A stretch of DNA of 64,000 bases from a bacterium (GTDB lineage Bacteria; Patescibacteriota; Microgenomatia; Woykebacterales; RBG-16-39-9b). Where the stretch lies: contig JAUYID010000009.1 in NCBI GenBank assembly GCA_030704665.1, positions 793,702-857,701 of the forward strand, read 5' to 3'. A program made the translations under genes and the position numbers. Within the stretch, counting starts at the first letter, position 1; each line of letters opens with the position of its first letter. Positions 18,888 to 28,643 of the stretch are shown here, one piece after another. The notes under the pieces were generated by a model. That model searched no databases. It was not told the origin of the DNA and was given only the letters and a program-made list of their open reading frames with translations.

Positions 18888-19343
18888 TTAGATTTTAACC
18901 CTTTCCAAATCATTCTCAACAAAAATTGGGTTAAGCCCAAGTATTTCTTCCTTTAACATTAACTCGTCTGCAACGTAATTTAAAATAAAAATTGGCTTTT
19001 TGTGCAAGTAAGCAACTAACATCTCCAAGAGCACGTTTCCCCCAATGTAACCTTCAATATCCTTTTTCGTATGATTCAAAACTAGAATTGCGTCCGATTC
19101 AATTACTTTTTTGAAATGTTGTTTCATCAATTTGGTTTTTATTTTGTAATCGTCGGGGTTGTTCAGCCAAGTGCGTACTTTCGAAACGTCGAAATCATTA
19201 CTTCTTTGCATTTTGCGAGCGATAAAAGGGATTTTAACTTTAAAACCAAGTTTCTTGAGTTCTTTTTCTGTACTTAAAACATCACGATAAAAATAAGCGC
19301 TGGAACACAGAGTGATTGTCTTTTTAGAAGTTTTCATGACCAA
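18888..19343 (-). CDS. nucleoside 2-deoxyribosyltransferase-like protein
   Basis: 151 aa. ITLCSSAYF ... SDAILVLNH ... IEGYIGGNVLLEMLVAYLHKKPIFIL matches the NDT-family pattern, recalled from memory. Confidence 0.4.
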   Translation of the reverse strand: MVMKTSKKTITLCSSAYFYRDVLSTEKELKKLGFKVKIPFIARKMQRSNDFDVSKVRTWLNNPDDYKIKTKLMKQHFKKVIESDAILVLNHTKKDIEGYIGGNVLLEMLVAYLHKKPIFILNYVADELMLKEEILGLNPIFVENDLERVKI

Positions 19344-19349
19344 AAGAGC

Positions 19350-20738
19350 CTATTTTTTGTCCAGTTTTAAACCTAGTTCTTTGAGTTGCTTTTCATCGAG
19401 GCGGCTGGGTGCATCCATGACGGAGGTCTCCCCAGAAGAAGTGACCGGAAAAGCGACAACTTCACGAATCGAGCTTTCTCCGGTGAAAACGGCCGTCAAG
19501 CGTTCCAGACCAATCGCGATACCACCATGAACCGGTGCCCCATACTCATAAGCTTTCAGTAAATGACCGAAGTCAGATTCAATTTTTTCTTTCGAGTAAC
19601 CCATGATTTTTAGAGCTTGTCTTTGAACCTCTGGTTTGTTGATACGAATACTTCCAGAGGCCATCTCAAAGCCATTGCAAACCAAATCGTACTGCAGGGA
19701 AGAAATTTTGGCGATCTCTTTTTCCGCTTTTAATTTTTCTTCGTCCTCTGGCTTTGGAGCGGTAAAGGGGTTGTGAGAAAAAGTCCAGGCTTTTTCCTCC
19801 TCATCTCTTTCAAAAAGAGGGAAATCGAGAACAAAGGCAAAGGCGAGCTCCTCAGTCTGGTTTTTGTTGCGGAGATCAAATTTGTCGGCTCCAAACTGCT
19901 TCATTGCTTCGGTATGGGTGAAACGAGGGAAAGGTTTTTCCAAAATCTTTTTCCCCATTTTTTCCGCGACAAAGGTTATCATTTCTTCGACTAAATTAAG
20001 GATGTCCTCTCTTTCAACAAAAGCCATCTCGAGATCGATCTGGGTATGCTCCATCTGTCGGTCAGCTCTCAAATCCTCGTCTCGAAAAGCGCGGGAAAGT
20101 TGGTAGTATTTTTCGAAACCGGAAATCATGAGCAACTGTTTATATTGTTGTGGGGCTTGAGCAAGAGCGTAGAAGTTTCCTTTTTGGTGTCGAGACGGAA
20201 CAACAAAATCACGGGCGCCTTCCGGAGTTGTTTTAGTTAGGTAGGGAGTTTCAATTTCAACGAAATTTTCTTTGTTCAAAAACTCTCGAGCCGCGACCGC
20301 GATACGGTGGCGGGTTTTTAAATTAGTCTGCAGACGCTGCCGGCGTAGATCGATATAGCGGTACTTCATGCGCACCAGCTCATCTATCTCTGTTCCGGGA
20401 GTGTCAATGGGAAAAGGTAGTTCGTTGGCTTTGTTGATGAGATTAATTTGTTTCAGAGTCAGTTCAACTTTTCCTGTTTCCAAGTCTGGATTGACGTTTG
20501 CTTGAGGACGAGCTTTAACTTCTCCTACTACCTCAACGACGTCCTCCGCTCCCAGACTGTTGGCGGTTTCATAGGCCTGTTCTTCTTTTGGAGTCGCGAC
20601 ACTTTGGATCAGCCCTGAAGCATCACGAAGATCAAGGAAAATTATTTTACCGTGGTCACGTCGCGAATTTACCCAACCGGCAAGTTTCACTTCCTCCCCA
20701 CCCTTTTCTGCTGCTTTGACGATAGGAATTCTTTTCAT
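19350..20738 (-). CDS. aspS: aspartate--tRNA ligase (short form lacking the GAD insertion domain)
   Basis: 462 aa with an N-terminal OB fold and class II motif 2 (FRDEDLRADRQMEHTQIDLEMAF) and motif 3 (GGIAIGLERL). Only about 80 aa separate motif 2 from FVLDFPLFE. Confidence 0.85.
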   Translation of the reverse strand: MKRIPIVKAAEKGGEEVKLAGWVNSRRDHGKIIFLDLRDASGLIQSVATPKEEQAYETANSLGAEDVVEVVGEVKARPQANVNPDLETGKVELTLKQINLINKANELPFPIDTPGTEIDELVRMKYRYIDLRRQRLQTNLKTRHRIAVAAREFLNKENFVEIETPYLTKTTPEGARDFVVPSRHQKGNFYALAQAPQQYKQLLMISGFEKYYQLSRAFRDEDLRADRQMEHTQIDLEMAFVEREDILNLVEEMITFVAEKMGKKILEKPFPRFTHTEAMKQFGADKFDLRNKNQTEELAFAFVLDFPLFERDEEEKAWTFSHNPFTAPKPEDEEKLKAEKEIAKISSLQYDLVCNGFEMASGSIRINKPEVQRQALKIMGYSKEKIESDFGHLLKAYEYGAPVHGGIAIGLERLTAVFTGESSIREVVAFPVTSSGETSVMDAPSRLDEKQLKELGLKLDKK

Positions 20739-20759
20739 CGAAGGCCATTCTAGCTTTTT

Positions 20760-22415
20760 TCAGCTTGCTTGTCCAGCCTCGGCTAAATCTTTGATTCTAA
20801 ACTCAAGATTGGTTCTCCCTCCCCAAGTATTTTTTACTAAATTGAAGACAATGTCTTTTTTTCCTTTTTTAAGGGGTTCTTCCCCAAAACCAAATGCAAT
20901 CGCCGGAAAGATTCTCCCGTCTGGCAAACGCGAGGTCAAACGCAAATGATTTTTCTCTTTACCAACTGGCTTTTCTTCAAGAACTTCAACCTCTCGAAGC
21001 AAAAAAACAGGTTCTGGGTTTCCCATTCCGAAAGGTTCTAAATCTCGAACTGCCTCAAAGAGTTGGTCGTTAATTTCTTCAGCCTCAACCTGCGCATCTA
21101 TTTTTAAAACCGGCGTTAGTTGTTCTTCAGTCAAAAGCTCCTCCGCAGTTTTAATCATCTTCTCCCGAAAAGGAGCGATCTTGGCTCTATCCAAAGAAAA
21201 TCCTGCTGCCATGGGGTGTCCTCCGTGGGAAAGTAAGATGTCGGCGTGTTTATGAATTGCCTCTGTAATATTAAAACCCTTAATTGATCTGGCTGACCCC
21301 TTGCTAACTGGCAACCCTTCACTGATGACCGCCGAAGGACGGTGAAACCTTTCCGTCAGTCTTCCGGCAACCAGACCAACTACTCCTTGTTCATAATTCT
21401 TTGAAGAAACGACGAAAAACTTGGCTCCCAAATATTCTTTCTCTACCTGCTTTTTAGCATCTTCCAAAGCTGACAAGGTTGCTTCTTGGCGAAGCCGATT
21501 GGTTTGTCCGAGTTTTAATGCCAACTTGCTGCCTCGCTCTGGATTTCTTGTCAGCAAAAGTCGAAGAGAATCTAGGGCGCTTTCCATCCTTCCCATAGCA
21601 TTGAGCCGAGGAGAAATGACATGGCCAATCTCGTAAGTTCCAATACTATTACTCAACCCTGCTTCCTCGTAAAGGGACTTGAGGCCGATCCGCTTGGAGG
21701 CGGCTAGGTTCAAAAGTCCGTTTTTGACAATGACTCGGTTTTCCCCAAGCAAAGGTACCATATCCGCTACCGTACCGAGGGTAGCTAGCTCCAAGTTTTT
21801 GAAGAACTGTTCATCTTGATCTTTCCCATATTCCGAAAGTAGGGCGGTCGCAAGTTTGAAGGCTACCCCACTCCCCGCCAAAGTGGTGGTGTGAAGGGTA
21901 GCGAAAGAAGAAGGGAGAACTTCTTGCGCCTGATGGTGATCGGTAATAATCAAATCTAGTTTTAGCTCTTTAGCATAATTTGCTTGCTCGATCGCAGTAA
22001 TACCACAGTCTACGGTGATAACAAGCTTGGCACCTTCGCTAGACAAAAATTTTAAGGCTTCGTTGTTTAGACCGTAACCCTCACTGTGGCGCGAAGGAAT
22101 ATAGGGCAAGATTTTTGCTCCTAGTAAATCGAGGCTCTCCCAAAGGATGGCGCAAGCAGTGATACCATCGACGTCGAAGTCACCGTAAATATAGATTAGC
22201 TCTTTTTCGGTGATTGCTTTTTTTATCCGGGCAAGAGCTCGCCCTAGATCAGGAAAAAGTTTTTCCGGATCAGTCAGAAGATTTAAATGGGGGTGAATAA
22301 ATTTTTCTTTAGAGTTCGAATCTTTTAGATTACGGTTGAGAAGTAGTTGATTTTTTAAATCTCTCTCAACCCGTGGAAAAACTTCCCAGTGCTTTGGCTC
22401 TAAACTACTCGCCAT
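20760..22415 (-). CDS. recJ: single-stranded-DNA-specific exonuclease RecJ
   Basis: 551 aa with DHH motifs (IYGDFDVDGITACAIL, LIITDHH), a DHHA1 region and a C-terminal OB-like domain. Confidence 0.85.
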   Translation of the reverse strand: MASSLEPKHWEVFPRVERDLKNQLLLNRNLKDSNSKEKFIHPHLNLLTDPEKLFPDLGRALARIKKAITEKELIYIYGDFDVDGITACAILWESLDLLGAKILPYIPSRHSEGYGLNNEALKFLSSEGAKLVITVDCGITAIEQANYAKELKLDLIITDHHQAQEVLPSSFATLHTTTLAGSGVAFKLATALLSEYGKDQDEQFFKNLELATLGTVADMVPLLGENRVIVKNGLLNLAASKRIGLKSLYEEAGLSNSIGTYEIGHVISPRLNAMGRMESALDSLRLLLTRNPERGSKLALKLGQTNRLRQEATLSALEDAKKQVEKEYLGAKFFVVSSKNYEQGVVGLVAGRLTERFHRPSAVISEGLPVSKGSARSIKGFNITEAIHKHADILLSHGGHPMAAGFSLDRAKIAPFREKMIKTAEELLTEEQLTPVLKIDAQVEAEEINDQLFEAVRDLEPFGMGNPEPVFLLREVEVLEEKPVGKEKNHLRLTSRLPDGRIFPAIAFGFGEEPLKKGKKDIVFNLVKNTWGGRTNLEFRIKDLAEAGQAS

Positions 22416-22702
22416 AAATATTGCTCTAGATCAACTTTATCCCCAACAACTTCCACCCCTTCCCTTTCCAAACGAGCTTTTTGAACCCCTGTTCCGCCAA
22501 AAGCAAAAGAAGGGGCGAGTCGGCCTTTCATATTGACCACTCGATGACAGGGAATTGCCTCTTCATCAGGATTTTGATGAAGGTAATTACCGACCAGACG
22601 GGGATTTGTCACTCCGGAAAGCAGGGCCAGTTTTGAGTAGGTCAGAACCTTTCCCTGGGGAATTTCTGAAGTTATTTGATAGACAATTTCTCTTTTGTTC
22701 AT
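22400..22702 (-). CDS. methylated-DNA-protein-cysteine methyltransferase-like protein (MGMT DNA-binding domain, PCHRV active site)
   Basis: About 100 aa. IPCHRVVN and the helix-turn-helix YSKLALLSG match the Ogt C-terminal domain. I placed the start at MNKREIV; the gene overlaps the recJ start. Confidence 0.6.
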   Translation of the reverse strand: MNKREIVYQITSEIPQGKVLTYSKLALLSGVTNPRLVGNYLHQNPDEEAIPCHRVVNMKGRLAPSFAFGGTGVQKARLEREGVEVVGDKVDLEQYLWRVV

Positions 22703-22751
22703 GGAAAACAATTTTACCACGGCAAAAACCAATCTAAAACGGGCATACTGA

Positions 22752-23651
22752 CTACTTTTTCCTTCTTCTGTCCGTCCACTCCTGCCAAAGTACTAGAATC
22801 GGGGCGGCGTTAAAGATCGAAGAATAGGTTCCAGAAATGACTCCAACCAAAAGAGCGACAACAAACCAGCGGATTGAAACCCCACCGAAAAGCAACAGGG
22901 CGGAAAGAACAAAAACAACGGTCAGAGACGTATTCAGTGAACGACCGATGGTCTGCATGATTGAGTGGTTGACCGTTTCAGCAAAGCTTGGATAGGTCCG
23001 TTTGTTCAAATTTTCCCTGATACGGTCAAAAACAACAATCGTATCGTGGACCGAGAAACCAATGACAGTGAGTAGGGCGGTAACAAAAAGTGAGTCGATC
23101 TCAACTGCGAAAAAATGTCCCAAAATAGAGAAAACACCCAGGACCAAAAAGGCATCATGCAGCAAAGCAACGATCGCCGCCAGACCAAAACGCCAACTTG
23201 AGGCCGGGGCGGGAAGAGATCTAAACGCCCAGGAAATGTAAATCACGATCATGATTGAAGCTATCACCAAAGCAAGCAGAGATTTACGCAAAAGCTCAGC
23301 TCCGACTGTCGGTCCGACCGTTTCGTGGCGCAGCTCGGCCACCTTACCGTACTTCTTGTTTAGAGCAGAGATAAGGGTTTTGTAATTCTCGTCAGAAAGA
23401 GGCTTGGTCCGAAGCAAATAGCTTGATTGGCCAGTAGTCTGCACAGTGGAGACTTCAATCTTTGCTTCTTTGCTGACTGTTACTAGTTCACTTCGTTCCA
23501 CTGTTTTCTCTAGGCGTATCTCAACTAAGGTCCCTCCGGTAAAATCAATTCCCAAGTTTAGCCCCCAAATCATTAGAGAAATCAAGCCGGGAAGAATGAT
23601 CAGTCCGGAAAAAGCAAAGTACCAAAATTTTTTTCCAACTACATTTAGCAT
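22752..23651 (-). CDS. secF: protein translocase subunit SecF
   Basis: 299 aa with an N-terminus of MLNVVGKKFWYFAFSGLIILPGLISLMIWGLNLGIDFTGG and 6 TM helices typical of SecF. Confidence 0.85.
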   Translation of the reverse strand: MLNVVGKKFWYFAFSGLIILPGLISLMIWGLNLGIDFTGGTLVEIRLEKTVERSELVTVSKEAKIEVSTVQTTGQSSYLLRTKPLSDENYKTLISALNKKYGKVAELRHETVGPTVGAELLRKSLLALVIASIMIVIYISWAFRSLPAPASSWRFGLAAIVALLHDAFLVLGVFSILGHFFAVEIDSLFVTALLTVIGFSVHDTIVVFDRIRENLNKRTYPSFAETVNHSIMQTIGRSLNTSLTVVFVLSALLLFGGVSIRWFVVALLVGVISGTYSSIFNAAPILVLWQEWTDRRRKK

Positions 23652-23657
23652 AGTGTT

Positions 23658-24002
23658 TTATCCTTTTGCGCTCTTGCGCCTTTTATTTACTTCCATTTCC
23701 AGCATTTCAAAAACTTCTAGCTCAAGTTCGGCGACCAGGGTGGTTATTTTTTCATCTAAGTTTTCGACCCGATCCTGCAAAAAACCAATCACTTCAGTTT
23801 CAGTGGCATAATAAAACTTTTCCAAAAAACTAGTCCGTTCGTCATCGGCGAGCAGATCCAACAAACCTATCAAGAGATGCTGTTGATAAATTTTAGCTAG
23901 TAAGTCAAGTAAATGCTCTCTTTCATGCTCTGCCAAGTCTAGCTGGGTGAGTTTGTTTTCGATATTTTCTTTGTTTGCAAAGCGTTCGTAGAGAGTAATC
24001 AT
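23658..24002 (-). CDS. hypothetical acidic helical protein
   Basis: 114 aa with no domain recognised. It sits between secD and secF. Confidence 0.4.
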   Translation of the reverse strand: MITLYERFANKENIENKLTQLDLAEHEREHLLDLLAKIYQQHLLIGLLDLLADDERTSFLEKFYYATETEVIGFLQDRVENLDEKITTLVAELELEVFEMLEMEVNKRRKSAKG

Positions 24003-24931
24003 TGCAAAACTCCTAAGGGCTTGGAAGCCTCACTATCATCAAGAAAAAGGAACAGAACTCCTTGTTTGGCTTTGGGTGGGTAAAGCCCCAAACCATCCAT
24101 CACTTCTGGACTTCCTCCAAAATGCTTGCCAGTGCTAAGTGCAGGGCCAGCATCGGCAATGTCTCCAATCACTGCTTGCCCCGTCAAAGGGTTGATGGCA
24201 AGCATTCTCCGATGTTTAAACCATTGCCAGGCATTTGCTTGTCCCCAGTTCGGAGAGTCGAAGGTTTGCACCACCAGATAAAATTTTTCCATTTCAGCGT
24301 CACGTGCGGTCAGGCTTTGGCGGTTGGGAGCAAAATACCCATAGGCACCTCGACCACCTGCCATTCCAGTCCGACTGTAGTTTGCGCGCGCTACTTCCGA
24401 ATCAAAGTGCGAATCAAAAGTATCCCCTGGATAGCGAGTCAAGTGAGACTCTGTGCCAATGTAACCATAGCTAGTGTTCAGTCGGTAACCTTGCAGTTCT
24501 GCTTTGACTCGAACGCCCAAGATTTTATAGACTGCTTGCTCAATTTTCCTTTCTTCCTCTTTTGTTAAGGGTCTTACCTCATGGGGAAGTTTCCCCAAAA
24601 GTTCTTTTCTCAACTCGTCTGTTCTGTCTTTCCCCGCTGTAACACTCGGCTTTATTGTTCCGGGAAGTAACTCTCTCTGCTGAAAAACTCCCGGTAGCTC
24701 TTTGGTTGGACTCAACCCTGAAGAAAGGAGCATCACTCCCGCCGCTGTTCCGGCTACGACACTTCGTCCTGTCTGACGCGCCACGTCCTCAACATTGATC
24801 CCCTTTTCTCTGACCCAAGTCAGACTCTCACCGTGTTTTTCTTCAAACACTGTGAGCAGGTCTTTGTATTTCTTTTCAAAACTTGAAGCCAAAAGTTTAA
24901 AGGCTTCGGTTTTTGCTTTTGTTTTAGGCAT
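23999..24931 (-). CDS. hypothetical protein with possible C-terminal DPBB/3D-like (RlpA-like) domain
   Basis: 310 aa. The C-terminal INPLTGQAVIGDIADAGP...GGSPEVMDGLGL resembles the end of a double-psi beta-barrel domain (weak). It is inserted between secD and secF. Confidence 0.4.
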   Translation of the reverse strand: MPKTKAKTEAFKLLASSFEKKYKDLLTVFEEKHGESLTWVREKGINVEDVARQTGRSVVAGTAAGVMLLSSGLSPTKELPGVFQQRELLPGTIKPSVTAGKDRTDELRKELLGKLPHEVRPLTKEEERKIEQAVYKILGVRVKAELQGYRLNTSYGYIGTESHLTRYPGDTFDSHFDSEVARANYSRTGMAGGRGAYGYFAPNRQSLTARDAEMEKFYLVVQTFDSPNWGQANAWQWFKHRRMLAINPLTGQAVIGDIADAGPALSTGKHFGGSPEVMDGLGLYPPKAKQGVLFLFLDDSEASKPLGVLQ

Positions 24932-26267
24932 TTCGATAAACTAAGCGCAAAAAGTTTCTGGTCACGACAATAGCGGTAAACATTGAAACCAGAATCCCTA
25001 TAGCCAAGGCGAGAGCAAAACCTTTCACTTGACCGGTTCCAAGCCAAAACAAAATACCGCTAGTGAGAAGTGAAGAGACATTCGAATCACGAATCGAGTT
25101 CCAAGCCCGGGAAAAACCAATCTCAGTCGCATTTATCTTTGATCTGCCTTCTCTGAGTTCCTCTTTCATTCTTTCAAAAATCAAGATATTAGCATCCACC
25201 GCCATACCAATCGAGAGAATAAAGCCAGCAATTCCGGCTAGAGTCAGAGTGACCGGGATAGTTTTGAAGACTGCCAAAACAATCAGGGCATAGACCAAAA
25301 GAGCCAAGTCAGCTAGTAGACCAACGACGCCGTAATAAATCAGCATGAAGGCAGCCACGATACTGATCCCGACTATTCCGGCGAAAAGACTTTTTTCCAC
25401 AGACTCTTTACCCAAAGTTGCACCAATTGATTGATCAGAAATGATGTCAATTTTTTTCACTGGCAAAGCCCCGGCGGAGAGCTGAATTGCTAGGGTTTTG
25501 GCCTGATCAGGAGAATCCATACCACTGATCTGACCTTTGTCACGAATTTCACTCTGTACTGTAGCATAGTTGATGATTTGATCATCCAAAAAAGTCATCA
25601 ATGGCTTTTGAATCAGCTCACGGGTAACTTTGGCAAACTTATCTTGAGAAGAAGATTTAATTTCAAAATTTACAACTGCCCCAGGAGTGGTTCCTTGGCC
25701 AGCGGAGTTAAAACCGGCATCCGCCCTTTGCAAATCTTTGCCGGTAACCCCTGTGGGTTCAGTATTTTCCAAGGTTGGTATCACCTCGGGTTTTGTGTAA
25801 TCGACCCCCGCTTTAAATTTTCTAAACTCAAGCTTGGCGGTTTGACCCACCAGTTTTTTGGCTTCATCTGGGTTGTTTATCCCAGGCAGTTCAACAATGA
25901 TCCGGTATTCTCCGGCAACTTTGGCGGTTTGCACCAGGGCTTCGGCGACCCCAAGCCCATTGACCCGTTTTTCAATCACCTCTTTGGCTGCCTCCAAAGC
26001 TTTGTCGCGATCGGCTGCGGCTACATCGGACATGTCCGCTCGCAAAGTCAAGGCAGTCCCACCCTGAAGATCAAGACCAAGTTTGACATCAAATTTTCTG
26101 GCGAAGCTTATCCCAAAACGACTTAGGTTGAGGTCTGGGCCTTTGAGAACTCGATCAACTTTGATTGGCCCGAGGTTAAATTTGACTGGTACGCTTGGCC
26201 AATCAATAAGAATAGAAGCAAAAACTATCAGTCCAATGAAAAGAAGGACAAATCTGGGTTTCTTCAT
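24924..26267 (-). CDS. secD: protein translocase subunit SecD
   Basis: 447 aa with an N-terminal TM helix, a periplasmic domain and C-terminal 5-TM RND-like SecD core (GLDLQGG, IGPSLG-like motifs). Confidence 0.85.
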   Translation of the reverse strand: MKKPRFVLLFIGLIVFASILIDWPSVPVKFNLGPIKVDRVLKGPDLNLSRFGISFARKFDVKLGLDLQGGTALTLRADMSDVAAADRDKALEAAKEVIEKRVNGLGVAEALVQTAKVAGEYRIIVELPGINNPDEAKKLVGQTAKLEFRKFKAGVDYTKPEVIPTLENTEPTGVTGKDLQRADAGFNSAGQGTTPGAVVNFEIKSSSQDKFAKVTRELIQKPLMTFLDDQIINYATVQSEIRDKGQISGMDSPDQAKTLAIQLSAGALPVKKIDIISDQSIGATLGKESVEKSLFAGIVGISIVAAFMLIYYGVVGLLADLALLVYALIVLAVFKTIPVTLTLAGIAGFILSIGMAVDANILIFERMKEELREGRSKINATEIGFSRAWNSIRDSNVSSLLTSGILFWLGTGQVKGFALALAIGILVSMFTAIVVTRNFLRLVYRNA

Positions 26268-26305
26268 CGCAGAGAATTATAATAGTAACGAAGCTAGAGA
26301 GTCAA

Positions 26306-26740
26306 TCAGGCAAGAGTTTTGATAAAGTCCTCGATTGAGGGGTAGGCTTCCTCAAAAATTAGATATAAACTTTCCGTCTCTTTTTGCTCTCCAACCAAAA
26401 TGCACTTCTTTCCCATCCCAAAAGCAACTCCAGCTTCCAGATGGGCTGATTTCCCGGCTGGAAGCAGTAGAATCAAGGCCGAAGATTCTTTCAAAGCATT
26501 CATACCTACGTCAAAAATTTCCTTAACGTGAGGGGAGTTTTTCCAGTTGGGTATGCTTTCGAATTTTTCCATGAATTGTTCTGGAGAGTAATTTCTTTCC
26601 CATTCCTGAAGTTTATACTCGGCTCCATCACTATCAACAAAGCAATAAACCGTTTTTCCTTTTGCCTTTATTTTCCCCGCAAAGTCTACAACCGTTTCCT
26701 TATTTCTCCACCTTGAAGCAATAAAGTAATCGTACTTCAT
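26306..26740 (-). CDS. nucleoside 2-deoxyribosyltransferase-like protein
   Basis: 144 aa. YDYFIASRW ... SALILLLPAGKSAHLEAGVAFGMGKKCILV matches the NDT-family pattern. Confidence 0.45.
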   Translation of the reverse strand: MKYDYFIASRWRNKETVVDFAGKIKAKGKTVYCFVDSDGAEYKLQEWERNYSPEQFMEKFESIPNWKNSPHVKEIFDVGMNALKESSALILLLPAGKSAHLEAGVAFGMGKKCILVGEQKETESLYLIFEEAYPSIEDFIKTLA

Positions 26741-26742
26741 CT

Positions 26743-27345
26743 TTAGCGGCTCATCTCTTCTTCGTCACCGAGAAGCATAACGTGGGGTTTTTCGAGAATT
26801 CCAACGACAAAGGGGTCACGGCGGTTTTTGCGGAAGGCGAACTCATCTTCAGTCATAACAGTGTAGTTTACTTCCCGACCCACTTCTTCTTCCGCCTCTT
26901 TAACTAGTTGGGCTAGCTGAGGCAAAACTACACTACCAACCACCAGAAGGTCAACGTCGGAAGCACCAAGCGGGTAGCGACGGATGTAGCCCCCGGCCAG
27001 AGTGGCAAATTTTATCTTGCCGAGCTTGCCTCGCTCGTGAATGATAGCTCCGCCAAGTCCAGAAGCCTTAGCCATCATACGAGACAGTTCGTCGAAAAAT
27101 GAGTAGTCTTTGCGAAAACCGTAGAATTTACGGTTGGCCCGCGCTTCAGATGTAACCATACCCGCTTTTTCCATACGCGATAGTTCCGCCCGAACCGCGT
27201 TTATCTGCTCATTGACTGCTCTGACCAACTCCCGAACGTAAAAAATCTTGCCGGGGTTGGTAAAGAAGACCTGGAGAAGTTTGATCCTGGTCTTGGAAAT
27301 AAAAAGATTTTTCAGGGCAGGATTACTTGCAGCTTGGTCTGTCAT
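26743..27345 (-). CDS. winged-helix DNA-binding domain fused to a minimal nucleotidyltransferase domain
   Basis: 200 aa with an N-terminal wHTH (IFYVRELVRAVNEQINAVRAELSRMEKAGMV). The C-terminal GGYIRRYPLGASDVDLLVVG fits the GS-x(n)-DxD minimal NTase signature. Confidence 0.55.
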   Translation of the reverse strand: MTDQAASNPALKNLFISKTRIKLLQVFFTNPGKIFYVRELVRAVNEQINAVRAELSRMEKAGMVTSEARANRKFYGFRKDYSFFDELSRMMAKASGLGGAIIHERGKLGKIKFATLAGGYIRRYPLGASDVDLLVVGSVVLPQLAQLVKEAEEEVGREVNYTVMTEDEFAFRKNRRDPFVVGILEKPHVMLLGDEEEMSR

Positions 27346-27389
27346 TTATCCTCCTTGGGCAAGTAAATCAAAATTATAATTTACTCTTA

Positions 27390-28508
27390 TCATTTAAAAG
27401 AGACTGAAGAGCCAACAGGAACTATCTCAATCCAAATTTTGCCTCGATTGAGTTCTATCTCTTTGTTTCTTTTGTCATAAAATCGAGTTCTTCCTTCCCG
27501 TGAGCTTTTTTTCCACGTTCCGGTAAAAACTTTGCCGTCAGTAAAAATCTTGACCTTCCCTTTGCCAATTGTGCTCATGTGCAATCGACCGTGACCGCCG
27601 GAAACCGCTAGTTGTGTCGGGACATACTCAACAATGATATTTTTTGCTGTTAGTTGTTTTTTGGTTGCAGCATCAGTATGAACTAGGCCACCGTTTTTGC
27701 GCAAGTAAAGATTGGTCTTTGGGTCATAAATCCAATCAACATCATAACTTCCGATAGAATAAGAAGAGCCAAACTTTACTTTCAAAGAAAACTTTTTCGG
27801 CCGCTCCTCAGGCTCAGCTTCCTTATCTTTAAACAACCAAGATTCGATTGAGACTGGACCGGTATACCCTTTTTTTGCGGCGGCGGCGCGAAGCTTTGTG
27901 GTCGTTGTGTAAACATTGTGAGGGGCAAAACGAAAAGTTACTCTTTCATAGGTAGGCGCACCAAGACCAAATTGATCAAGGTCTTTGATACCGTACTGAC
28001 GCACTTTTGCTTGTGCCTCGGGACTACCTCCGATATGAGCGTAGCCTGCCTTGTACTCGCTGAGCCAATCAAGAAAGTACGGCCGGTTACTACGCACTGG
28101 TCCCAATTGTGTATCGGGAGCTAAATAAATATTTAATGTGCGAGTAATGCCACCTTCAGCCAAGGCTTCATAGGTAATCTCGGCTTTAGCCATCCCAGTT
28201 TGAGGACGAGCGTCTGTATGGTTTTCAATCACCACTGCCAAAGGCAGCCGATTCTTCCATCTGTTTGCCTCAGTTTGAGTGTACAAAACCCCATTCAAAG
28301 GGTCAGGGACGTCTCTTGCTTCTTTTGGTTTGCCAGTCAGAAGTGTTCCGAGAGGAGAAAAAACTTTCTGCAAACTTTTCTCGATATAGCTGCGCCCGAA
28401 CCAAAAGCCAAGACCGCCCAAAAGAACAATGAAGGAGAGGAGAACGACCACCACAAAAAATTTCTTGATCTTTGAAAGTTTTTTAAACCTTTTGATCCAA
28501 TAAAACAT
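27390..28508 (-). CDS. DUF3048-domain (YerB-like) membrane-anchored protein
   Basis: 372 aa with an N-terminal TM helix. AVVIENHTDARPQTGMAKAEITYEALAEGGITR matches the DUF3048 N-terminal signature. Confidence 0.6.
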   Translation of the reverse strand: MFYWIKRFKKLSKIKKFFVVVVLLSFIVLLGGLGFWFGRSYIEKSLQKVFSPLGTLLTGKPKEARDVPDPLNGVLYTQTEANRWKNRLPLAVVIENHTDARPQTGMAKAEITYEALAEGGITRTLNIYLAPDTQLGPVRSNRPYFLDWLSEYKAGYAHIGGSPEAQAKVRQYGIKDLDQFGLGAPTYERVTFRFAPHNVYTTTTKLRAAAAKKGYTGPVSIESWLFKDKEAEPEERPKKFSLKVKFGSSYSIGSYDVDWIYDPKTNLYLRKNGGLVHTDAATKKQLTAKNIIVEYVPTQLAVSGGHGRLHMSTIGKGKVKIFTDGKVFTGTWKKSSREGRTRFYDKRNKEIELNRGKIWIEIVPVGSSVSFK

Positions 28509-28643
28509 TTATTCTTTGTTTCCCACCCAATCTAAGACTTCTGGGTACTAGTATTACCCATCAGCTTAAACTTTTTGATTTTGTTTTGCAAGACTTACCT
28601 ACTTGCAGGCGAGGGTAGGCTTGTGCTAAAGTGGCCAGCAGCA

